From positions 1-37,755 of the forward strand of contig JBFWJG010000021.1 in the NCBI GenBank assembly GCA_050253335.1: DNA of 37,755 nt. The letters run 5' to 3'. This document shows positions 29,886 to 36,654 of this stretch, one piece after another. The DNA is from Deferribacterales bacterium (GTDB lineage Bacteria; Chrysiogenota; Deferribacteres; Deferribacterales; Geovibrionaceae). The notes beneath the pieces are model-generated. The model saw nothing but the letters and a program-made list of their open reading frames with translations, was not told the origin of the DNA and ran no database searches. Every line of letters starts with the position of its first letter. Within the stretch, counting starts at the first letter, position 1. The position numbers were made by a program, and so were the translations under genes.

Positions 29886-30164
29886 GAGATTCTTCACTGC
29901 GCTCAGAATGACGCTGAAACAGGCACAGGGATGTGCCCGCGGAGTGCGTACCGCAGCGAATGCGAGGAACGCAAGCGAAGCCTAAGCAGCAAGCGGTTTC
30001 ACCGCGCAGGCTGCGTGTGAAGAAAAACTGCACGGACGCAGGTTTTTCTGAACTACGGAAAGACAGAGACTGCTCACTCTCTCAGGGTTCGCGATGCCGC
30101 AAACCCGCCGTCACTCTGAGCATACGCGAAGAGTCTCTGAGGCACAAAGGTCCGGGATTCTTCA
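29886..30164. repeat. Second palindromic repeat family (gtcattctgagc...gaagaatctc type), four full or partial units
   Basis: Units at 29886-29912, 30066-30098 (degenerate), 30110-30137 (inverted) and 30154-30164 (truncated, contains the dnaA stop). Confidence 0.7.
29920..30056 (+). repeat. GGA-loop structured repeat, copy C (long type, opposite orientation)
   Basis: Reverse complement aligns end-to-end with 34680-34816, including a 55-nt block with 2 mismatches. Confidence 0.9.
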
Positions 30165-31499
30165 TTGGTATAAGGTCTTCTCCAGTGCGGTGATAATCTC
30201 CTGAATCTCTTTGTCTTCCTTGCATTTCTTCTCAATTGACTGCACTGAGTGAAGAACAGTTGAATGATCCCTTCCGCCGAAGAGTTCACCCACTTCCTGC
30301 AATGAAATATTCAGCTTGTTCCTTAATATATACATGGCTATCTGCCTGGGCAGAGATATGCTTTTTGTGCGCTTCTTTGATTTAAGGTCGCTCATCTTCA
30401 CGTTGAAGTAGCCTGTCACAGCATCGATAATATTCTCCTCCGTGACCATTTTATCCTTGCGGACAAGAAACTTATCAAGTGACTTCCGCGCGAGTGCGAT
30501 GCTCAGGGGTTCATTATGGAAAGAAGCGTATGCGCTGAGACGGACAAGAGCCCCGATAAGCTCCCTTATGTTCTCAGTTTTGATATTTTCAGCAAGGAAC
30601 ATACCCAGCTCGTCAGAGAGCTTGAGGTTCATTATGTCCGCGCGCTTCATTATGATCGCCGCCTTCTCCTCCGTTGAGGGAGCCTGAATATCGGCGATAA
30701 GTCCCCATGCGAAGCGGCTGCGCATCCTCTCCTCAAGGTCTGGAATCTCACTGGGCGTTTTATCGCTGGTGAGAATTATCTGCTTCTGGGATTCGTACAA
30801 TGTATTGAAAGTGTAGAAAAATTCCTCTGTGCTTCTCTGTTTGCCCGCAAGAAACTGAACATCATCAAAAAGCAGCATATCTATATTGCGGTATTTGCTT
30901 CTGAATTCATCCATTTTCTTGGTTTTCAGCGACTGGATCATCTCATTGGTAAATGTCTCGGAAGTTATGTACAGCACCTTGAGCTTGGGGAACCGTTCCA
31001 TGATTCTGTTGCCCGCCGCCTGCATGAGGTGTGTTTTCCCGAGCCCCACGCCGCCGTAGATAAAAAGCGGGTTATACTTCTGGAAATGCCCCTCGGAAAC
31101 CGCAAGGCAGGCCGCATGTGAGAACTGGTTTGAACTGCCCACGACGAAGTTTTCAAAAATGTAATCCCGGTTGAGGTTGGAAGAGGCGGGAATTTTGTAG
31201 TCCGCCACAGCGGAAGAAGTCACCGGAGCCTGAGAAACTGTCTGCGCCTTCGGAGCATCACCAGTGATGATAAGTACGTCAGCGTCTATTGAAAGCCCCT
31301 CGTTGAAAATCTTCTTTAATGTATCGAGATATTTCTCCTCAACCCAGTTCTTATAAAACTTGTTCGGAGCCTGAAGGGTGATCAGATCCCCCCTCACCTC
31401 AACCATCTGCAAAGGCTTTATCCATGTGGACACCACATCGTCGGAGCAGTGTTTTTTCGCTTCTTTAAGTACTTCTTCCCAGATCTTTACATCTTCCAT
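30162..31499 (-). CDS. dnaA: Chromosomal replication initiator protein DnaA
   Basis: FENFVVGSSN, YNPLFIYGGVGLGKTHL, DDVQFL, RSRFAWGL, NIRELIGAL, PRQIAMY, FGGRDHSTV. Confidence 0.99.
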   Translation of the reverse strand: MEDVKIWEEVLKEAKKHCSDDVVSTWIKPLQMVEVRGDLITLQAPNKFYKNWVEEKYLDTLKKIFNEGLSIDADVLIITGDAPKAQTVSQAPVTSSAVADYKIPASSNLNRDYIFENFVVGSSNQFSHAACLAVSEGHFQKYNPLFIYGGVGLGKTHLMQAAGNRIMERFPKLKVLYITSETFTNEMIQSLKTKKMDEFRSKYRNIDMLLFDDVQFLAGKQRSTEEFFYTFNTLYESQKQIILTSDKTPSEIPDLEERMRSRFAWGLIADIQAPSTEEKAAIIMKRADIMNLKLSDELGMFLAENIKTENIRELIGALVRLSAYASFHNEPLSIALARKSLDKFLVRKDKMVTEENIIDAVTGYFNVKMSDLKSKKRTKSISLPRQIAMYILRNKLNISLQEVGELFGGRDHSTVLHSVQSIEKKCKEDKEIQEIITALEKTLYQ

Positions 31500-31610
31500 A
31501 GTGCTGCAATTCCAATAAGCTGATTTTATTTTTCGCGCCGAGAATAAATCATATAAGGCATGTCTGATCAGTATATGTCTTTTTCCTCTCCGCGAAAAGG
31601 GATAATAGGC

Positions 31611-31643
31611 AAAAAAAGGCGAAGCCTCTTTAGAAGACTTCGC
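31611..31643 (-). terminator. Rho-independent terminator downstream of the aminotransferase
   Basis: Minus strand gcgaagtcttctaaagaggcttcgc followed by c and T7. Confidence 0.7.
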
Positions 31644-31691
31644 AGATTTTAAAATTGATTAAAAAGATTTGGTTTCTTTGGAAGGAGTTTG

Positions 31692-31727
31692 AGGAAACCT
31701 TTCTTTTTCATTAAAGAAAGGTTTCCT
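31692..31727. repeat. Perfect 15-bp inverted repeat
   Basis: aggaaacctttcttt-ttcatt-aaagaaaggtttcct. Confidence 0.85.
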
Positions 31728-31765
31728 TAATTTTTCAAGAAAATATCCTTCTTAAAACCGAATGC

Positions 31766-31807
31766 GGCTTCGCTCCGCACGGCGCGTTCCCGTCCATGGG
31801 AATGTAT
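31766..31807 (-). repeat. GGA-loop structured repeat, copy D (fragment)
   Basis: ggcttcgctccgcacggcgcgttcccgtccatgggaatgtat aligns with the 3' half of copies A and F, with a re-paired terminal stem. Confidence 0.75.
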
Positions 31808-33114
31808 CACTTCGCTGAAGATTCCACGTATTCCACTATTTTTTCGGCGAGGCGACGCACCATGAATTCGAAGCGGTCCGCATCGCGTTCAAGGAGTGTC
31901 ATGCGGAATCCGGGCTTGCTTGTGAAGAATGATGTCAGCGGGACAACGCAAATGCCTGTGGCGCCGAGGAGATAGTAAACAAAGCGCTTATCGTTTTCTA
32001 TGTTGGTGCCTGTTATGCTTTCCACATAGTTCCGCACTCCCTCATCCTCGATATGCAGTTTCTGCTTGCTGTTGAGGACAGCCTCATTGAACACGACAGA
32101 CATATAGAACGCGCCGTTTGTCCTGTTCACAACCACATAGGGGACATCACGCAGGATGCTGTAGGCTATATTTGAAAGTTTTTCGTAATGCTTTATTTTT
32201 TCAGCAAGATAAGGTTTGTACTCAGGGTGAGACATTATGCGCGGAATGGACATCTGAGGGAATGTGGTGGAGCAGACCTCGGACATTTTCTGTGTGAGGA
32301 TGGCGTCCACATATCTCTGGAAAGCGGGGTCCTTGTCATAGTTGTAGACCTCGATCCAGCCGCATCTCGCTCCGGGCCAGGGGTATTCCTTGCTGATCCC
32401 TTTCATGCTTATTCCGGGCACATCGCCTATTATGTCGGAGAGAAGCACGGTTTTTGAGCCGTTGTAGGACATATTTGCGTATATTTCATCAAACACGAGC
32501 ATAAGGTCATATTCTTTGGCGATGCGCACTATCTGCCTGAGCCCTTCTTCCGTGTGAACATAGCCGGTGGGGTTGTCGGGGTTGATTACCAGTATGCCCA
32601 CTATGGAGCGGAAGCTTCTCACCTTGCTCTCAAGCTCGTCAATATCCGGCGCCCAGTGCTTGTAAGGGTTCATCTGGTATGTGTTCGGCGGGAAGGAAGC
32701 ATGGAGAACCTCCGCCAGAAGGTGCGTGGAGTATGTGGGTTCGGGCATGATGATCCTCGCATCAACCCTGATCGCGCTGTATGATCTCGCTATCGCGTCG
32801 CCCAGACCGTTGAAGAAAATAATATCCTCCGCCGTGATCTGCGCTCCGCCGCGTGCGTTAACCTGTGCGGCTATGTACTCTCTGGTTTCCAGAACGCCTT
32901 TGGTGGGCGAATAGGCGTATGCGTTGTTATCCATGATAATTTTCGCGAGTTCCTCTTTCATCCAGTCCGGAAGAATTTCGCCTTTGACAATGGGATCGCC
33001 TATGTTTTCCCAGTAAATGTCCACACCTGCCTGACTGAGTTTGCTCGCCACATTAACAATGTTGCGTATCTCATAAGTCAGGCCGTTTCCGCTTTTGGCA
33101 AGATCATACCTCAT
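31807..33114 (-). CDS. PLP-dependent aminotransferase class I/II (AlaA/AspC-like)
   Basis: ENIGDP, Y..TKG, INPDNPTG, FDEIY, PLP-lysine motif GISKEYPWPGARCGW. Confidence 0.92.
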   Translation of the reverse strand: MRYDLAKSGNGLTYEIRNIVNVASKLSQAGVDIYWENIGDPIVKGEILPDWMKEELAKIIMDNNAYAYSPTKGVLETREYIAAQVNARGGAQITAEDIIFFNGLGDAIARSYSAIRVDARIIMPEPTYSTHLLAEVLHASFPPNTYQMNPYKHWAPDIDELESKVRSFRSIVGILVINPDNPTGYVHTEEGLRQIVRIAKEYDLMLVFDEIYANMSYNGSKTVLLSDIIGDVPGISMKGISKEYPWPGARCGWIEVYNYDKDPAFQRYVDAILTQKMSEVCSTTFPQMSIPRIMSHPEYKPYLAEKIKHYEKLSNIAYSILRDVPYVVVNRTNGAFYMSVVFNEAVLNSKQKLHIEDEGVRNYVESITGTNIENDKRFVYYLLGATGICVVPLTSFFTSKPGFRMTLLERDADRFEFMVRRLAEKIVEYVESSAK

Positions 33115-33145
33115 TAGTCTACCCTCGCATAATATGACCGTTGAA

Positions 33146-33199
33146 TACCCGTTTTACGGGTAAATCATCGTTTATATAACAATATTTGTATACTTTCAA
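33146..33199 (-). promoter_or_regulatory. Sigma70 promoter and adjacent palindrome for the aminotransferase
   Basis: Minus strand TTGAAA (33199-33194)-N17-TATAAA (33176-33171); palindrome tacccgt-ttt-acgggta at 33146-33162. Confidence 0.6.
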
Positions 33200-33267
33200 T
33201 AAGCAGTTTACGTATTTTTAAAACATAACAGACAGCTTATTTTCCGGCGTTTTTTTGACCGTGAAAC

Positions 33268-33305
33268 AAAAAAAGCGCCGCTTGCCCAAGGTAGGGAAAC
33301 GGCGC
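33268..33305 (-). terminator. Rho-independent terminator of gltX-der
   Basis: Minus strand gcgccgtttccc...gggcaagcggcgc followed by T7. Confidence 0.8.
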
Positions 33306-33339
33306 CTGCAATTTTTCAGCCATGCCTGATTAAAGAGGG

Positions 33340-34668
33340 TCAGCCTTCTTTCTTCTCCCCTCTCTGCCTGATGAACAGCTTTATGGGTATACCCTGAAAA
33401 CCGAAGTATTCCCTTATTATGTTGATCACGAAGCGCTGGTATGAAAAGTGCACCGAATCCGGATAGTTGGCGAAGATAACAAATTGCGGCGGGCACGCCG
33501 CCACCTGTGTCATGAAGTAAAGCTTGAGCCTTCTTCCCTTAACCACCGGAGGCTGGTGACGCTCAAGGGCGGTTTGCAGAACACGGTTAGCCTCTCCTGT
33601 GCCTACCCTTTTGGTATATTCCTTATAGAGACCCTTCGCGGCCTCGAAAATTTTATAAACGTTTTTGCCGCTCATGGCGGAAGCGAATATAACAGGGGGA
33701 TTGTTAAGGAACTGCAGCTTAAATTCTATGTCAGCTCTCATTTCCTTTGCGGCCTGATCCTTGTTTTCCACAGCGTCCCACTTGTTGACAACGAGAATAA
33801 CGGGTCTGCCCGCTTCCCATGCATCCGCAATAACCTTTACATCGCGTTCGTTAAGGCCTTCAACCCCGTCAATGAGGCAGACTGCTATATCCGAGCGGGA
33901 AACTGCGTCCTCCCAGCGGTAGTAGCCGTATTTCTCTATCCTGTCCTTGAACATGACGGATTTTTTTCTGATACCTGCGGTATCTATGAGCACATATTTC
34001 TCATCGCCGTATTCAAAGAGAGTGTCCACAGCATCCCTTGTAGTGCCGGGAATATCAGTGACAATGAGCCTCTCCTCACCGAGCCAGCGGTTGATCATGC
34101 TGGACTTGCCCACATTGGGGCGGCCTGTGACGATCAGCTTTATGCGGCCGTCATAGCTGAAATTTTCCTCTTCCTCATCTTCCGGCAGGCGGGAGATTAT
34201 CTCGTCCATAAGGTCGTCCACGTTTCGCCCGTGGGTTGCGCTTATGGGGAAAACCTTGTCGATTCCCATGGAAAAGAAGTCATAGGCGAGGTTGTCCGCC
34301 GCGGATGAGTCTATCTTGTTTACAGCGACTACAAAGTCTTTTCCGCCCTCCCTCAGGAGTCCGCACACAATTTCATCCAGCGGGTGAACGCCTTCGCGTC
34401 CGTCTACCATGAGGATGAAAAAGTCTGCTTCTTCAAGGGAATACATGAACTGACGCTGCATTTCCTTTTTTACAATCTCTTCTTTCAAGTCATATCCCGC
34501 GGTATCCACCACACGGAAACGCCTGCCGAGCCATTCGGCGGTAAATTCTATTCTGTCACGGGTAACGCCCGCCATGTCGTCCACGATGGCGATTCTCTGC
34601 CCCGCCAGTCTGTTGAAAAGTGTGGACTTGCCTACGTTCGGGCGTCCGATTATTCCGATTTTTTTCAT
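33340..34668 (-). CDS. der: Ribosome biogenesis GTPase Der (EngA)
   Basis: Two G domains (GRPNVGKS, DTAG, NKID/NKWD) plus a KH-like C-terminus (PPQFVIFAN, SYQRF). Confidence 0.98.
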   Translation of the reverse strand: MKKIGIIGRPNVGKSTLFNRLAGQRIAIVDDMAGVTRDRIEFTAEWLGRRFRVVDTAGYDLKEEIVKKEMQRQFMYSLEEADFFILMVDGREGVHPLDEIVCGLLREGGKDFVVAVNKIDSSAADNLAYDFFSMGIDKVFPISATHGRNVDDLMDEIISRLPEDEEEENFSYDGRIKLIVTGRPNVGKSSMINRWLGEERLIVTDIPGTTRDAVDTLFEYGDEKYVLIDTAGIRKKSVMFKDRIEKYGYYRWEDAVSRSDIAVCLIDGVEGLNERDVKVIADAWEAGRPVILVVNKWDAVENKDQAAKEMRADIEFKLQFLNNPPVIFASAMSGKNVYKIFEAAKGLYKEYTKRVGTGEANRVLQTALERHQPPVVKGRRLKLYFMTQVAACPPQFVIFANYPDSVHFSYQRFVINIIREYFGFQGIPIKLFIRQRGEKKEG

Positions 34669-34679
34669 TCCATATTCCT

Positions 34680-34816
34680 GATAGTTCGAAAAAACCTACA
34701 TCCTGTAGTTTTTTCTCACTCGCAGCCTGCGGAGCAAAGCTCCTTGCTGCTCTGGTTACGTTTGCGTTCCTCGCATTCGCTGCGGTACGCACTCCACGGG
34801 CACATCCATGTGCCTG
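34680..34816 (-). repeat. GGA-loop structured repeat, copy E (long type)
   Basis: Matches the reverse complement of 29920-30056; abuts the der RBS. Confidence 0.9.
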
Positions 34817-34829
34817 AAATTCTTTTTCT

Positions 34830-34931
34830 ATAGTTCAGAAACGCTACATCCTGTCCTTTTCTTCACACGCTCGCGGTTTGCAAAGCAAACCTTCACTTCG
34901 CACGGCGCAACTCCATCCATGGAGTTGTATA
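34830..34931 (-). repeat. GGA-loop structured repeat, copy F (short type)
   Basis: Matches copies A and B at 24173-24363. Confidence 0.9.
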
Positions 34932-34952
34932 TGTCTCACAGGCAAAAGTACC

Positions 34953-36395
34953 TCAGCCAATGATCTCCAGAGCTGCGTCAAGTCTTCTCAGCAGTTCGTC
35001 CACGGGCATGAGTGTTGCCATTTTATCTATTTCAGGCCCCTTGACGGAGCCGGATATGCCTACTCTTACCGCCATGAAAAGGGGCTTGCCCTTCACACCC
35101 GTTTCTGCCTGAACAGCCTTGGGTATGTCCTTATATTCCTCTTCCTTAATATATCCGCTGAAAGCGGCTACTTTTTCCCTGAACGCTTTAAGCACCGCAG
35201 GCGTGGTTTCCAGTTTGAGAAATTCCATAGCCTCCTCATCCGGTGTCTGATACTGGAAGTATACCTTCATAACATCAGGCGCGTCGCCGAGAAGTTCCAT
35301 CTTGCTTGCGACTGAGGCAATCATTTTCACATAAACTTCCCTTTCCAGCCTGTCCGCGGGAAGACCGGCTTCAATGAGAAAAGGCATACAGAGCTCCGCG
35401 AGCTCCTCAGGAGTTTTCATGCGGATGTACTGTCCGTTCAGCCATTTCAGCTTCCCGAAGTCGAAGACTGCGGCGCTGGTTGATACACGTTCAAGACTGA
35501 ACGACTTTATCAGCTCCTCGCTGCTTATTATCTCTCTCTCCTGTTCGTCAGACCAGCTAAGCAGAGCGAGGAAGTTGAACAGGGCATCGTTCAGGTAGCC
35601 CTGCGAGCGGAACTGCTCAATGCTTGTGTTGCCGTGGCGTTTGGAGAGCTTTGACCTGTCCTCGCCGAGAATCATGGGGATGTGTATGAACTCAGGGCGG
35701 CTGAAATTCAGGGCATCAAAAATAAGCGCCTGCTTTGGGGTGTTGCTCAGATGGTCATCCCCTCTTATCACATGGCTTATTTTCATCAGCGCGTCATCTA
35801 TAACCACCACATAGTTATACACAGGCACCCCGTCAGGGCGGACAATTATAAAATCGCCGAAAACACCTGTCTCGAAATCTATCTCGCCCTTAATCCTGTC
35901 GGAAATGTGCACAACCTCTTTATCAATCTTAAAACGGATAGCGTATGGAGCCTCCGAAGCCTCAAGCTCCGCCTTCTGCGAGGGGGAAAGGTTTCTGCAT
36001 CTGCCGCTGTAAACAGGCTGGCGGTTTTCTATGCGCGCCTTCTCCCTTTCGGCGTCAAGCTCTTCCTTGGTGCACCAGCATTTATACGCATGCCCTTTCT
36101 CAAGGAGTTCCTCAGTGTATTTTTTATATATATCAAATCTTTCTGACTGCCTGTATGGGCCGTAATCCCCGCCTTTCTGGGGGCCTTCGTCCCAGTCCAT
36201 AAGAAGCCATTTCATATCCTCATATATAAGCTCCTCACTGGCGAGGGTGGAGCGATCGAAGTCCGTATCCTCTATTCTCAGAATGAAAGTGCCCCCCATG
36301 CTGCGCGCGAAAAGATAATTGAAAAGCGCCGTTCTGGCGTTCCCTACGTGTATGTGCCCTGTGGGGCTGGGTGCGAATCTCACTCTTACTGACAT
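34953..36395 (-). CDS. gltX: Glutamate--tRNA ligase
   Basis: RVRFAPSPTG.IHVGN (HIGH), LRIEDTD, YRQSER, HVIRGDDH, KLSKR (KMSKS). Confidence 0.98.
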   Translation of the reverse strand: MSVRVRFAPSPTGHIHVGNARTALFNYLFARSMGGTFILRIEDTDFDRSTLASEELIYEDMKWLLMDWDEGPQKGGDYGPYRQSERFDIYKKYTEELLEKGHAYKCWCTKEELDAEREKARIENRQPVYSGRCRNLSPSQKAELEASEAPYAIRFKIDKEVVHISDRIKGEIDFETGVFGDFIIVRPDGVPVYNYVVVIDDALMKISHVIRGDDHLSNTPKQALIFDALNFSRPEFIHIPMILGEDRSKLSKRHGNTSIEQFRSQGYLNDALFNFLALLSWSDEQEREIISSEELIKSFSLERVSTSAAVFDFGKLKWLNGQYIRMKTPEELAELCMPFLIEAGLPADRLEREVYVKMIASVASKMELLGDAPDVMKVYFQYQTPDEEAMEFLKLETTPAVLKAFREKVAAFSGYIKEEEYKDIPKAVQAETGVKGKPLFMAVRVGISGSVKGPEIDKMATLMPVDELLRRLDAALEIIG

Positions 36396-36530
36396 AGCTC
36401 ACAAACTCCTTTTGTTTAAGCACGCCCTGTTTCCGGCGCGCATTATCTCAAAATACGCCACTTTATAGATTTTGTAAAATTGATCAAGCAAAATCAGGCA
36501 AATAAAGGATAATTCACACATCATGCTTGC

Positions 36531-36560
36531 TTGACAGAGGTCTTTGCCGGAATGTATAAT
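36531..36560 (+). promoter_or_regulatory. Consensus sigma70 promoter for the chemoreceptor gene
   Basis: TTGACA (36531-36536)-N18-TATAAT (36555-36560). Confidence 0.75.
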
Positions 36561-36654
36561 TTACAATATCGAAACATCTGACGCTTTCCGGCACTATGTG
36601 TGCATTCCGCGTATCTCTTTCATCTGAAAATCAAAATAATCCTGTGAGGGGCTC

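Noticed and set aside
29933..30289. ORFs 29933-30193 (+) and 30074-30289 (-)
   Set aside because: Translations of repeat DNA overlapping the dnaA end, with no protein-like features.
31500..31806. oriC upstream of dnaA
   Set aside because: AT-rich, but no convincing DnaA boxes seen by eye; not called.
33448..34308. 286-aa antisense ORF within der
   Set aside because: Shadow of a conserved essential gene with no independent evidence.
34384..34833. ORFs 34384-34833, 34556-34792 and 34620-34817
   Set aside because: They overlap der and repeat copy E; shadow ORFs.
24173..34931. CRISPR array interpretation of the repeats
   Set aside because: Copies are dispersed or in doublets, 40-140 bp long and divergent, with no regular repeat-spacer period and no cas genes.
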